Shown here: piece after piece, positions 9,789 to 20,153 of the stretch
Layout: every line of letters starts with the position of its first letter
How positions within the stretch are numbered: position 1 is the first letter of the stretch
Origin: Spirochaetia bacterium
GTDB taxonomy: Bacteria > Spirochaetota > Spirochaetia > SZUA-6 > Bin103
Assembly: GCA_965203905.1 (NCBI GenBank)
Contig: CBDBDQ010000005.1
Coordinates: 3,648,001 to 3,712,000 of the forward strand
Reading direction: 5' to 3'
Length of the DNA stretch: 64,000 nucleotides
Position numbers and translations under genes: made by a program
The notes under the pieces: generated by a model
The model's database searches: none
What the model was told of the DNA's origin: nothing
What the model saw: only the letters and a program-made list of their open reading frames with translations

Positions 9789-10721
9789 TCAGCCCTCCCG
9801 CGCCTGGAACTCGGCCTCGCGCGCCCGGCTGGCGCGGTCCCACTGCTCCCAGGTCGGCGTCGGGCCGGCGCTGAGGACGGTCAGGGGCTCGGTGCCGAAG
9901 CGGTGGCACTTCACGTTCCACTCGTCGGTGGCGCTCCGCTCCGGGGTTGCGGGCGGCAGCGTCTCCGCGGAGGCGTGATAGCGGAAGTCGACGCTCCAGC
10001 GCACCCGGTCGCCGTGGTTCTGCTTGCTGGCGTGAACCGTCATGTTGGTGAAGAAGGCCACGTCGCCCGGCCTCATGGGCAGCGGGGTGGGGGTGCCGCG
10101 CCGTTCCACCTCGGCGGCGAGACGCACCCGGTTGTTCTCATCCCAGTCCCGCTCCAGGAACCCCCACCGGTGACTGCCGGGGAGGACCCACAGGCAGCCG
10201 TTGTCGAGGGTCGCCTCCACCAGCGGCACCCACACGGTCACGATGTGCATGTGCTCGGTACCGCCGCGCAACCCCGGCGGCAGTCTCCCGTTGTAGTAGT
10301 GGCTGTCCTGGTGCCACGGCACGATGCTGACCTCGTCCGGCACCTTGACCCGGATCTTGGTGATGGCGTGCAGCGTGACCTCCGGCCCGAGCAGCACGCG
10401 CAGCACGTCGGTGATCCCGGGATGGTTGTAGAGCCGGTAGAACTCGGGTCCGTGGCGCCCGCGGGGGGTTCCGAACAGCCGCTCGACGGAGGCGGGCAGT
10501 TCCTCGTGCATGACGGCGTAACGGCGCCCGAACGGCAGGTCTCCGTGCAGCGAGCCCAGGCGCCCCGCCGCGTGCTCCAGGCGCGCCTGCTCGTCGACGC
10601 AGGCGCCGATGAAGGCACGCACCGGCTCCAGCACCTCGTGTGGGATGACGTCGCGCAGCACCAGGTACCCGTCCCGGTCCCAGCGGCCTGCGATCTCTTG
10701 CGGTGTCATCGGCTCAACCAT
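9789..10721 (-). CDS. phytanoyl-CoA dioxygenase (PhyH) family 2OG/Fe(II) oxygenase
   Basis: WHQD, TVWVPL, NGCLWVLPGSH, distal H and R (HAS...RVRWS). Confidence 0.9.
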   Translation of the reverse strand: MVEPMTPQEIAGRWDRDGYLVLRDVIPHEVLEPVRAFIGACVDEQARLEHAAGRLGSLHGDLPFGRRYAVMHEELPASVERLFGTPRGRHGPEFYRLYNHPGITDVLRVLLGPEVTLHAITKIRVKVPDEVSIVPWHQDSHYYNGRLPPGLRGGTEHMHIVTVWVPLVEATLDNGCLWVLPGSHRWGFLERDWDENNRVRLAAEVERRGTPTPLPMRPGDVAFFTNMTVHASKQNHGDRVRWSVDFRYHASAETLPPATPERSATDEWNVKCHRFGTEPLTVLSAGPTPTWEQWDRASRAREAEFQAREG

Positions 10722-11739
10722 ACCGTATGCGCGGGTCCAGAATCCCGTACAGCAGGTCCACGACCAGGCTGAACAGTGAGTAGACCAGCGCCATCATCAG
10801 CACCACTCCCATCACCGCGTACAGGTCCTTGCTCAGCAGCGCGGTCACGGCGAACTGGCCCAGCCCCGGCCAACTGAACACGGTCTCGATGATGATCGAG
10901 CCGCCCAGCATGCTGCCGACGGCGAGACCCAGGAAGGTCACCGTGGGGATCAGGGTGTTCTTGAGCGCCAGCTTGTAGTTGATGGTCCGCCGCGGCAGAC
11001 CGATCGACGTGGCCAGCCTGATGTAGTCCTTGGACAGGGTCTCCAGCATGCCCGACCGCGTCAGCCGCGCCAGCATGGCGATCGCTCCGATCGACAGGGT
11101 GAATGCCGGCAGCACCATGTGCACCAGTGCCGCCTTGAAGATGTCGAGCTGGCCGCTCAGCAGGCTGTCGATGGTGTAGAACCCGGTCACGTGCGGCGGC
11201 GGGCTCTGAATGAAACCGAGACGGCCGGAGCTGGGGAAGATGCCGAGGTAGTAGAAGAACACGATCAGGAGGATCAGCCCGAACCAGAACGAGGGCATGG
11301 CGACCGCGCCCAATGACAGCATCCTGGCAACGTGGTCGGCGAGCTTGTTGCGGTGCAGCGCGGAAACGATTCCCAGGGGAATGCCGATGCCCAGCGCGAA
11401 GACCAGCGCCGCCGCGGTCAGCTCCATGGTGGCCGGGAGCCTGCTGACCAGGATCTGCCCGACCGGCTTGGTGGGATTGTCGATGGAGACGCCGAGATCG
11501 CCGCGCAGCACGTTGCCGATGTAGCGCAGGTACTGTTCCGGCACCGGGCGGTCGAAACCGTAGATCCGGTTCATGGTCTCGATGTAGACGGGGTCGACGC
11601 CCATGCCGCGGATCGCCGCCCGCGCGCGGATCGGATCGACCGGGGTGGCGTGCAGGATGATGAAGGTGACGGTGACCACGCCGAACAGCACGAGCGGCCA
11701 CATGAGCACCCTGCGGATGATGTAGACGTAGATTTTCAC
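10714..11739 (-). CDS. dppB: peptide/nickel ABC transporter permease DppB/OppB
   Basis: GDLGVS, RLPATMEL, LPAFTL, ARLTRSGMLE, IIETVFSWPGLG, DLLYGILDPRIR. Confidence 0.9.
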   Translation of the reverse strand: MKIYVYIIRRVLMWPLVLFGVVTVTFIILHATPVDPIRARAAIRGMGVDPVYIETMNRIYGFDRPVPEQYLRYIGNVLRGDLGVSIDNPTKPVGQILVSRLPATMELTAAALVFALGIGIPLGIVSALHRNKLADHVARMLSLGAVAMPSFWFGLILLIVFFYYLGIFPSSGRLGFIQSPPPHVTGFYTIDSLLSGQLDIFKAALVHMVLPAFTLSIGAIAMLARLTRSGMLETLSKDYIRLATSIGLPRRTINYKLALKNTLIPTVTFLGLAVGSMLGGSIIIETVFSWPGLGQFAVTALLSKDLYAVMGVVLMMALVYSLFSLVVDLLYGILDPRIRYG

Positions 11740-11751
11740 CGCCGGAACGGG

Positions 11752-11791
11752 CCGTCCCCGGCGACCGGAACGATGCGGTCGCCGAGGACGG
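11752..11791. promoter_or_regulatory. intercistronic hairpin downstream of a solute-binding protein gene
   Basis: CCGTCCCCGGCGACCG-8 nt-CGGTCGCCGAGGACGG, a 16-bp stem with one mismatch. Confidence 0.6.
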
Positions 11792-11815
11792 AAAAGTGCG
11801 TGCTGCTACCGCTTT

Positions 11816-13507
11816 CTACTGGTTTCTCCTGATCGCCGCCCAGTCGAAGGTGTCGGTGAATCCGTGCCAGTGCACGCCGCTCAGGTCGGACCGGAAGGCG
11901 GCCGTGTCCTGGGACTGGGTCAGTGGCAGGTTGGTGTGCCACTCCAGCAGGTACCGGTCCAGCTCCTGGACGGCCATGCTGCGCGCATCGGGATCGGTTT
12001 CGGACCTTATCTTGGCCATCATCTCGGCGATGTAGTCGAAGTCGACGTCGGGCAGGTACTCCTTCTTGAAGCCGGAGGCCTCGATGACCGTGCGGTGGTC
12101 CGTGAGCAGATCCGGGAAGCCGCCGGGGGCATCGGGATCGCTGCTCCCCTGCGCTCCGTATCCCTTGAGGTAAAGCGCCGGAGAATGCGCTTCCGGATCG
12201 GTGCTGTAGAGACTCTCGAACATCACCGTCCAGGTAGGCGACTTGAGCGTCGTCCTGATCCCGATCTTCTCCAGGTCGGCGCCGATCTTCTCGATCATCA
12301 GCGGCGGGCTGACGCCCTGGATGCCTTCCTTGTGGCCCCAGAGATCCATCTCCAGGCCATCGGCGTAGCCGGCTTCCACCATCAGCGCCTTCGCCTTCTC
12401 GATATCCTGCTTGTAGTGGTAGGCCAGCTCGGGATTGTAGCCCAGGCCGCCGGTCCAGGCGGTGGTCTGCAGGACGCTGACGGTGCCGCGGTTGAGCTCC
12501 ACCAGCCCCTCGTAGTCGATGGCGTACCTGATCGCCTGCCGCACCTTGACGTTGGTGAGGGGACCGCCGGCGGTATGCAGCACCAGGGTGATGCGTCCGA
12601 ACGAGGGCTGCTCCAGGTAGCTGACGCCAGCCGGCGCCTCGTCCTGCATGTCTGCGACGACGGCGTTCGGCAGGTCCGACACCACGTCCACTTCGCCCGT
12701 CTCCAGCGCCAGCCGGCGCGCGCCCGCCTCCGGGATGTTGATGAGGACGACGCGGTCGAAGAAGGGGTCGGGGTTGTTGGCCACGCCGCCCCAGTAGTCT
12801 TCGAACTTCTCGTAGACGGTCTTCTCGCGCGGCAGCGCCTCCACCACCCGGTAGGGACCGGTGCCGGCGCTGTTGCCGCTGCGCAGCCAGGCCAGGCCGC
12901 TATCGCCGTCCTTGGCGTTGGCCTCCACCGCCTCGCGGTCCATGATCGCCAGGTGACCGAACGAGAGCGTATCGAGCATCAGGAGCTGCGGCTTGCCGTC
13001 GCGTCCATGGATGCGCACGGTATAGTCGTCGACAATTTCGACCCGCTCGATGACCGGCACCACTGACCTTATGTTGGGCGGTGACCCGGTCGCCTCCGGG
13101 TCGATGTATTCCTCCCAGCGTGCCACCCGCTCGATCGAGAACTTCACGTCGTCGGCCTGCATCTCGTTGCCGGTGTGGAACTTGATGCCGCGGCGCAGGT
13201 TGAACGTCCAGACGATCCTGTCGTCGGTGCTGTAGGACTCCGCGAGGTGGGGAATGAGCTTGTACTCGGGCGGATTGCGCCGCAACAGCTCGGGGTCGTA
13301 GCCGATGAGCGATTCGTACGACGGGCCGGTCATGTCGTAGTTGTTCTCGAAAGCCGGATCGGTGGCCGTCTCCTCGCCCGCAAAGTGGTCGGTCGCGCCG
13401 GCGTAGATCAGCACCTGCTCTTCCTGTGCCGCCTCGCCCTCCGCGGCGGCAAAGCCCGTTGCCGCCGCAAGCAGCGCGAACAACAGGCCAAATACAGTAA
13501 CTCTCAT
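11816..13507 (-). CDS. ABC transporter family 5 solute-binding protein
   Basis: Signal peptide from MRVTVFGLL (GGAGGT RBS), PHLAES, WTFNLRRGIKFHTG, GTGPY, VRQAIRYAID. Confidence 0.9.
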   Translation of the reverse strand: MRVTVFGLLFALLAAATGFAAAEGEAAQEEQVLIYAGATDHFAGEETATDPAFENNYDMTGPSYESLIGYDPELLRRNPPEYKLIPHLAESYSTDDRIVWTFNLRRGIKFHTGNEMQADDVKFSIERVARWEEYIDPEATGSPPNIRSVVPVIERVEIVDDYTVRIHGRDGKPQLLMLDTLSFGHLAIMDREAVEANAKDGDSGLAWLRSGNSAGTGPYRVVEALPREKTVYEKFEDYWGGVANNPDPFFDRVVLINIPEAGARRLALETGEVDVVSDLPNAVVADMQDEAPAGVSYLEQPSFGRITLVLHTAGGPLTNVKVRQAIRYAIDYEGLVELNRGTVSVLQTTAWTGGLGYNPELAYHYKQDIEKAKALMVEAGYADGLEMDLWGHKEGIQGVSPPLMIEKIGADLEKIGIRTTLKSPTWTVMFESLYSTDPEAHSPALYLKGYGAQGSSDPDAPGGFPDLLTDHRTVIEASGFKKEYLPDVDFDYIAEMMAKIRSETDPDARSMAVQELDRYLLEWHTNLPLTQSQDTAAFRSDLSGVHWHGFTDTFDWAAIRRNQ

Positions 13508-13756
13508 CACGTCACCTCCGTGGAAAATCGTGATTGTCAAAGAAGTGTCCCTGATCGTGGACAACCTTCAGGACAGGTTGAGAGGTATTCCGCGAGCTGT
13601 CAACAGCGCTGCTGCGCTGCGCGAGCGCGGCCGCAGTGGCGTGCCGGTGCGCCGGCCAGCTCCGGCTGGCACGTGCCGCAGGTCCACCCGTGGCGTGTCC
13701 GGCGTGTTCGGTCCGTGTTTACCGCGCACGGTGGCGGTGCTATCCTCGTCTCCAAG

Positions 13757-14671
13757 GTGGCTCAGCGGCTCGACTCCACGCGGCAGACGCCGGCGGCTCC
13801 CTCGCTCGCCTGGAGGGAGCGGCCCAGGCTCAAGGAACTGCTGCTGACCCTGCGCCTGCTGCGGCGCAATGGCCTGGTGGTGTTCGCCATGTTGGTCCTC
13901 GTCGCGTTCCTGCTGATGGCCGCCTTCGCGCCGCTGTTCACGCCCTACGACCCGTACCTCCAGAACCTCGACATCGCCCTGCAGGACCCCAGCCTGGTGC
14001 ACCCGTTCGGCACCGACCGGCTGGGGCGCGACCTGCTCAGCCGGGTCATTCAGGGCGCCCGGCTCAGCTTCCTGTCCGGGATCCAGGTGGTGCTGCTGGC
14101 CACGCTGATCGGCGTCCCGGTCGGGCTGGTGTCCGGATACCTGGGGAGCAAGGCGGACGAGGCGATGATGCGCTTCACCGACATCGTGCTGGCGTTCCCC
14201 GGCGAGCTGCTGGCGATCTTCCTGATCGTGCGGCTCGGCCCCAGCCTGCAGAATGCGATCCTCGCCCTGGGGCTGGTGTCGTGGCCGCTGCTGGCCCGGG
14301 TCACGCGCGGCGAGGTGCTGCGCGAGAAGGAAAAGGACTACAGCAGCGCCGCCAGGGCCCTGGGCAAGAGCGACTTCAAGATCCTGTTCCGCGAGATCCT
14401 GCCCAACGTGTGGGGACCGGTGATCGTGACGTCCACCATGAACGTCGGCTGGGCGATCCTCGCCACCGCGGCGCTCGGCTTCATCGGGGTGGGTGCGCAG
14501 CCGCCGCATCCCGAGTGGGGGCTGATGATCAGCGAGGGCCGTGACTACCTGATCAGCAACTGGTACCTGTCGACGCTGCCCGGGACCGCGATGTTCCTGG
14601 TGGTGCTGTCGCTGATCCTGTTCGGGGACGGTCTTCGGGACAGCCTGGACCCGACGCTCCGCCATCAATAG
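13757..14671 (+). CDS. dppC: peptide ABC transporter permease DppC/OppC
   Basis: HPFGTDRLGRDLLSR, ARVTRGEVL, ILPN, PPHPEWG, GDGLRDSLDP; start at GTG 13757 is inferred. Confidence 0.85.
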   Translation: MAQRLDSTRQTPAAPSLAWRERPRLKELLLTLRLLRRNGLVVFAMLVLVAFLLMAAFAPLFTPYDPYLQNLDIALQDPSLVHPFGTDRLGRDLLSRVIQGARLSFLSGIQVVLLATLIGVPVGLVSGYLGSKADEAMMRFTDIVLAFPGELLAIFLIVRLGPSLQNAILALGLVSWPLLARVTRGEVLREKEKDYSSAARALGKSDFKILFREILPNVWGPVIVTSTMNVGWAILATAALGFIGVGAQPPHPEWGLMISEGRDYLISNWYLSTLPGTAMFLVVLSLILFGDGLRDSLDPTLRHQ

Positions 14672-14684
14672 CGTCCGGGCCGCG

Positions 14685-16595
14685 GTGTCTCGCTCCGGTG
14701 CAGCCCGGCCGCTCCCGTTGGCGCTGCTTGCGGTCCTGCTCGCGGCCGCATCCCTGACCACGCCCGGCGCCGTCGCGTCCCCACCCGAGTTGCAGGTGGT
14801 CCCCGCTACCGGACCGCTGAAAGGCGGCACCAGGGTGCGGATCATCGGGAACGATCTGCACCCGGGAACCGCCGTCAGATTCGGGGACGTGGCGGCGCTG
14901 AAGGTGGTGCACCTGACGTCGCGCAGGCTCAGTGCCACGGTCCCTCCGCACGCCGCCGGCGGGGTCGACGTGACGGTCGTCAGGCCGGACGGACGTGCGA
15001 CCTCGCTGCGCCGGGGGTTCGCCTACGTCGCGCCGGCGTTCACCGAGGTGGCGGAGGCGGCGGGGGTGGCGTTCGCCCACCGGCGCGGCTACGACCTGAT
15101 GCCGTTCGGCGGCGGGGTCGCGGTGGCCGACTTCGACGGCGACGGGCTGCTGGACATCTACGTCACCGCCTCGGTCGGCGCCAACGCGCTGTACCGGAAC
15201 CTCGGCGGCCTGCGCTTCGCCGACGTCGCCGCCGCGGCCTGGGTGGAGGATGCCGCGAGCCGGTCCAACGGCGCCTGCGCCGCCGACTACGACAACGACG
15301 GCGATACCGATCTCTACGTCGGCAATTACGGCCCCAGCAAGCTGTTCCGCAACCGCGGCGACGGTACCTTCGACGAGGTTACCGCGGCGGCCGGACTGGC
15401 CGAGTCCAGCCGCAACCTGCGCACCATGGGCTGCGCCTGGGGCGACTACGACGCCGACGGCTTCCTCGACCTGATCTTCGTGCGCCACCTCGACGACTCC
15501 GATCCCGGCGTCTTCGCCTGGGGCCAGCGCGACCTCAGCGAGTTCGCCGACCCGCTGGCGCTGTTCCGCAATCGCGGCGACGGCACCTTCGCCGACGTCA
15601 CCGTGCTGCTCGGTGACCCGATACCGGCCCGCGGCATCGTGCGGGGTGCCGGCTTCCAGCCCGCCTTCGTCGACTACGACAACGACGGCGACCTGGACAT
15701 CTACGTGGTGAACGACTTCGGCGACGAGATCACACCCAACGTCCTGTGGCGCAACGACGGCCGCGACGCGAGCGGCGAGTCCTGGGTGTTCACCGACGTG
15801 TCGGCGGCGTCGGGGAGCGACGTCGCCATGAACGGCATGGGGGTGGCCCTGGGCGACTACGACAGCGACGGCTTCACCGACCTCTACATCACCAACATCG
15901 ACGCCGCGGTGCTGCTGAGGAACAACGGCGACGGCACCTTCAGCGACCGCGCCCGCGCCGCTGGCGTGGGGCGGGGCAGGATCGGCGTCCCCGAGGGCAA
16001 CTCCGTCGGCTGGGGCACCGCGTTCTTCGACTACGACAACGATGGCGACCAGGACCTGTACCTGGCCGCCGGCTACCTCGACACCGACCAGGACACCAAC
16101 CCGGTGCAACAGCCGAACGCCCTGTTCCGAAACGAGGGCGACGGCACCTTCACCGACCTGCCGCCCTGGGCCAGCGGCGCCAACGACACCGGCTTCGGCC
16201 GCGGCGCCGCCTACGGCGACTTCGACGGCGACGGCTGCCTGGACCTGTACCTAGTCAACATCGGCGAGCTCGAAGGCCGCCCCGGCGTCGCCCGGCTGTT
16301 CCACAACAACTGCGCCAGCGGCAACAACTGGCTCATCGTGCGCACCGTGGGCACGCGCAGCAACCGCGACGGCATCGGCGCGGCCATCACCGTCTCCGCC
16401 GACGGCCGCACGCAACGCAGAACCGTCACCGCCGGCAGCAGCCAGATGTCGCAGAACATGCTGCCGGCCCACTTCGGCCTGGGCACCGCGGCACAGGTCG
16501 ACACCCTGACCGTGCGCTGGCCCAGCGGCCGCTCAAGCAGGCTGACCGATGTGGCTGCGAACCAGGTCCTGTTCGTGACCGAGCCGAACGGCTAG
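14685..16595 (+). CDS. secreted IPT/TIG + FG-GAP repeat + ASPIC/UnbV (CRTAC1-like) protein
   Basis: Signal peptide; PATGPLKGGTRVRIIG (IPT/TIG); repeated DYDNDGDxD motifs; SNRDGIGA...HFGLG...VRWPSG (ASPIC/UnbV). Confidence 0.9.
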   Translation: MSRSGAARPLPLALLAVLLAAASLTTPGAVASPPELQVVPATGPLKGGTRVRIIGNDLHPGTAVRFGDVAALKVVHLTSRRLSATVPPHAAGGVDVTVVRPDGRATSLRRGFAYVAPAFTEVAEAAGVAFAHRRGYDLMPFGGGVAVADFDGDGLLDIYVTASVGANALYRNLGGLRFADVAAAAWVEDAASRSNGACAADYDNDGDTDLYVGNYGPSKLFRNRGDGTFDEVTAAAGLAESSRNLRTMGCAWGDYDADGFLDLIFVRHLDDSDPGVFAWGQRDLSEFADPLALFRNRGDGTFADVTVLLGDPIPARGIVRGAGFQPAFVDYDNDGDLDIYVVNDFGDEITPNVLWRNDGRDASGESWVFTDVSAASGSDVAMNGMGVALGDYDSDGFTDLYITNIDAAVLLRNNGDGTFSDRARAAGVGRGRIGVPEGNSVGWGTAFFDYDNDGDQDLYLAAGYLDTDQDTNPVQQPNALFRNEGDGTFTDLPPWASGANDTGFGRGAAYGDFDGDGCLDLYLVNIGELEGRPGVARLFHNNCASGNNWLIVRTVGTRSNRDGIGAAITVSADGRTQRRTVTAGSSQMSQNMLPAHFGLGTAAQVDTLTVRWPSGRSSRLTDVAANQVLFVTEPNG

Positions 16596-16658
16596 CCAGT
16601 TCTCCGTATGTGGCACCAGAGTTCTTCTTAGACGGGTTACCGGCCTGAATCTTCCGCT

Positions 16659-18128
16659 TTATCCGTTGCTTCGCGCGGATGCCTCCACGCCGAACCGCTC
16701 CGCGGCCTCCAGGGTCTCGCGAACGTCGTCCCAGTTGGTGTTGTGGTTGATGATGCAGAGCCTGAGGGCGAACGTCCCGTGCAACAGCGTCGATGACAGA
16801 AAGGCGCGGTCTTCCCAGAATACGCGCGCCAGCACCGTGCGGTTGATCTGTTCCAGGGCTTTCTCGTCATGGTCCCGGTCCGCCGGGTTGATACGGAAGC
16901 ACACGATCCCCAACGAGACGGGAGTCAGGAACTCCAGCACCGCGCTCTCCTGCACGTACTTCTCGGCGCGGGCAGCCAGCTCCATCCCCTTGTCCACCGC
17001 GCGCCGGAATGCCGCCATGCCAAAGGTCTGAATCGACATCCACACCTTCAAACCGCGAAACGAGCGGCTCAGCTGCAATCCCCGGTCGGAGATGTTGGGG
17101 TGGTTCGCACCCCACACCGTATCCTGCAGGATGTCGTGGTGCACTTCGAACGCGTGTTCGAGGGTGCGCGCGTCCTTCACCAGCAACGCACCGGCCTCGT
17201 ACGGCTGGAACAACCACTTGTGCGGGTCCAGCCCCACCGAATCGGCGCGCTCGATCCCGCTCATTAACTGCTTGCCGCGTTCGGTGACCGCCGCGAAGCC
17301 GCCGTAAGCGGCGTCGACGTGCATCCAGATGCCCTCGGCGGCACAATAGTCGGCAATCGCCGGCAGTGGATCGACCGCGCCCGTGCTGCTCGTCCCGGCG
17401 TTGGCACAGATCGCAATCGGGCTGAAGCCCGCGGCGCGGTCGTCGGCCACGGCGCGTGCCAGGAGATCCACGTCCAGCCGAAACTGCGCGTCGCTCGGCA
17501 ACAGCCTGATGCACTCCGGTCGCACGCCGACGATGCGCGCGGCCCGGATGTGCGCGCTGTGGCTCTGGTCGCTCAGGTACACGGTGGCGCGTTCGGGGTG
17601 CCCCGCCGCTTCGCGCGCCGTCACGAAGGCGTTGACGCTGGCCTCCGAGCCGCCGCTGGTAAGCAATCCGCCGGCGCCAACGGGAAAGCCGAGCCAGCGG
17701 CGAAACCAGTCGATCACCACCAGCTCGACCTGACTCGGGCCGCTCGCGACCAGCCAGGTGCAGGCGTTGACGTTGTAACCCGCGGCCAGGAAGTCCGCGA
17801 GAATCCCGGGCCAGGTCGGGGCCGACGGGATAAACCCGAAGCAGCGCGGATGATCCAGCCGGATCGCGAGTGGCAGGATTTCGCGTGCGGCCTGCTCGAT
17901 CACCTCCATCGGCGGCCGGCCTTCCTCCGGGGGAGCGGCCATCAGTTTGTGGTCGAGTACCTGCTTGAACTCGCCGTCCCAGGCGCTCTCGTCCGGCAGA
18001 TCCTGGATGCGCTCAACCAGCAGTTCCGCTGCCCGGCGCGCGAGATCAAGCATCTCCTCGGGTGCCAACGCGAGGTCATCGCGGAACTGGTCGATGGTAT
18101 CGGAGTCCATAGTGGTGCATTGTTCCAT
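16659..18128 (-). CDS. group II PLP-dependent decarboxylase (aromatic amino acid/glutamate decarboxylase family)
   Basis: GLLTSGGSEA, SDQSHS, AGTSSTGAVD, HVDAAYGG, DPHKWLF (PLP lysine), QLSRSFRGLKVW; start could be 18110. Confidence 0.9.
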   Translation of the reverse strand: MEQCTTMDSDTIDQFRDDLALAPEEMLDLARRAAELLVERIQDLPDESAWDGEFKQVLDHKLMAAPPEEGRPPMEVIEQAAREILPLAIRLDHPRCFGFIPSAPTWPGILADFLAAGYNVNACTWLVASGPSQVELVVIDWFRRWLGFPVGAGGLLTSGGSEASVNAFVTAREAAGHPERATVYLSDQSHSAHIRAARIVGVRPECIRLLPSDAQFRLDVDLLARAVADDRAAGFSPIAICANAGTSSTGAVDPLPAIADYCAAEGIWMHVDAAYGGFAAVTERGKQLMSGIERADSVGLDPHKWLFQPYEAGALLVKDARTLEHAFEVHHDILQDTVWGANHPNISDRGLQLSRSFRGLKVWMSIQTFGMAAFRRAVDKGMELAARAEKYVQESAVLEFLTPVSLGIVCFRINPADRDHDEKALEQINRTVLARVFWEDRAFLSSTLLHGTFALRLCIINHNTNWDDVRETLEAAERFGVEASARSNG

Positions 18129-18259
18129 TGGTTTGGAGAGGATGTACTATAAACGATTGGTGTGTTTTTTTGGGCAAAGGCGGTCTTTATAGTGAATTCA
18201 CCTTCTCGGGATGCCTCAGACGAGACTGGTACTTCCCAACCAAGTGCCCGGCGTCGAGG

Positions 18260-20153
18260 CCAGGTGCCTCATCGAAAAATCCACTCGAGATGAAGCCGAT
18301 GACTCATCCAAATATCCACTCAAAGCAGGTGGCGGTAAAGGGGGGTGGGGGTGCGGGGGCGGGGGGTGTCCTGACCTGTGGATATGTGGACAAGTCGGTA
18401 CTTTGAGATGACCGGTGGAAAGCCACCGTGGACGGCGCGTAGCAGTCGACGCGGGCCTTTGTAGCGGTATTCTGAACGGGCGTTCCATTCTCAGTGCTTC
18501 CAGAAACACTGTGTCCAAAACGTGCCGGTCCTGGGACACCCCCGGAGTCCGGCCCGTAGCGGCTTGGCACGCGGCGTTGGTCTGGCCCTGGCGGCGCCGC
18601 GGCGCGCACTCTGGCCACGGCGCGAGGCACCTCGCAGCGGGTGGTGCAGCGCGTGCCTGAGGTGCAAGCCACCCATGGTCCCGTGGTGCGGGCTGGATCG
18701 CGTACTCGCAACTTGATCGTGCCACCAGCGCAGCAACCGCGCCGTTGGCAGGCGGCTGGCCCGCTGAGCGCCCGCGGTGTGCAGCAGGTGTGGCCCACGA
18801 CGATAAGCATCCCTATCAGCCGGCCTTCTTCAGCGCCGTGGAGTGCTGTGCAGCCAAGCGCAGCAAGCGGCGTTGCAGGTGCACGATCTGATCATTCACG
18901 GCGATCGGGTCGAGCGCCGCGAACTGCTGCCGCAGGCGCTGCTTGGCCGCCTCGGGTACCTCGGCACAGGCCAGTACCCGCTGATACGGAGTCTGCGGGC
19001 GATCATAGCGCCGCCTGACCCGTGCCCCATGGCGGGTCTTCTCGATCAGCTTCGCGCACGGGCGCACGAAGTTGACCATCAGCCGCAGCCGGTCATACAG
19101 CTCGTTGAGCAGTGCGACCGCCTCGGGAGTGTCGTAGCGGACGTAGCCGACATGCTTGCGCACCACGTCGAAGTTCTTCTGCTCGGTGAAATTGTTGTCG
19201 TTCTTGCGATACGCGCGCCCACGCGTGAAGTCGATCTGCTGCTCCTCGCAGTAACGGACCAGATGAGCATTTATGAACTCGCTGCCGTTATCCGAATGCA
19301 CCGCCAACAGCTCGAAGGGGAGCAGGTGGCGCACTACCAGGAGTTGCTGGAACACCCATTTCTGGGCCTTGTTGGGCACCGCGCGGAACTCCGTCCACTG
19401 GGTGCGGCGGTCCGTGGCCAGCAGCGTGTAGGCAAACTCACCGCTCGTGGTGCCGCCGTCGTGGCCGACCAGATCAAGACCCAGGGTGCCGAGCGCGACA
19501 CCCTCCCACTCGCTGAAGGTACGGATCGGGATCTGCAGCATCAGGCTGCCGGTGGGCCGCTTGGTGTGACTGTGCCCGCGCAGCGTCAGCTTGCGTTTCT
19601 CGGTGCGCAGCAGCCGGTCGATGGTTGCCGGGCTGATGCGCACCAGCTTGGCGCGCACCTCGGGGGTGAGCGCGATCTTGCGCTTGCTGCGTGCCTCCCA
19701 ACGCTCGTAGTTCGGTAACCACAGGCGCAGGGTAGCCGCCAAGCGTTTGCCACACAGGTAGCCGAAATGGTGCCATAGCTTGATCAGAGCGGCGACCACC
19801 TCCTGATCGTAGACGCGTGGCGTACGCCGCCGTGCACGGCGCTGACCGACCACGATCTTGACCGGCCGCCCGCCGCGCTGATCCCACACGCTGGTACCCC
19901 AGCAGCGCAGCAGCCAAGCGGCATGGTGGCGGGTGCAGCCGGTCAGATCCATGTACTCCTTGATGAGCTGTCCCTTCTCCTTCTTCGATGCCTTCCGATA
20001 GCGTCTCGCCTTCTCCCGAGCGACCCCTTTCTGCTCATTCATGGTGAGCCCCATCTCCTCCGACCTCCGGCCCTACAATGGCCAAGTCGTTCGAGTGGAT
20101 TTTTCGATGAGGCATCAGTTTCCGTTCGAGTGGATTTTGAGTGAGGCAATTCG
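18260..20153 (-). mobile_element. insertion sequence (IS481/ISNCY-like, rve transposase) with duplicated subterminal inverted repeats
   Basis: TGCCTCATCGAAAAATCCACTCGA (18265-18288) is the exact inverse of 20091-20114; second imperfect copies at 18300-18323 and 20126-20148; CGAGG direct repeat at 18255-18259 and 20154-20158. Confidence 0.8.
18816..20054 (-). CDS. integrase-core (rve) DDE transposase
   Basis: RRYRKASKKEKG N-terminus, ISPATIDRLL, DLVGHDG, HSDNGSEF, NDNNFTEQKN, TPYQRVL; GGAGG RBS. Confidence 0.9.
   Translation of the reverse strand: MGLTMNEQKGVAREKARRYRKASKKEKGQLIKEYMDLTGCTRHHAAWLLRCWGTSVWDQRGGRPVKIVVGQRRARRRTPRVYDQEVVAALIKLWHHFGYLCGKRLAATLRLWLPNYERWEARSKRKIALTPEVRAKLVRISPATIDRLLRTEKRKLTLRGHSHTKRPTGSLMLQIPIRTFSEWEGVALGTLGLDLVGHDGGTTSGEFAYTLLATDRRTQWTEFRAVPNKAQKWVFQQLLVVRHLLPFELLAVHSDNGSEFINAHLVRYCEEQQIDFTRGRAYRKNDNNFTEQKNFDVVRKHVGYVRYDTPEAVALLNELYDRLRLMVNFVRPCAKLIEKTRHGARVRRRYDRPQTPYQRVLACAEVPEAAKQRLRQQFAALDPIAVNDQIVHLQRRLLRLAAQHSTALKKAG

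Noticed and set aside
15120-16250. Recurring GACTACGACAACGACGGCGAC-like repeats as a possible CRISPR array (also in 28680-29960)
   Set aside because: They are in-frame FG-GAP DxDxDG codons with irregular long spacing inside a CDS; no cas genes are present.
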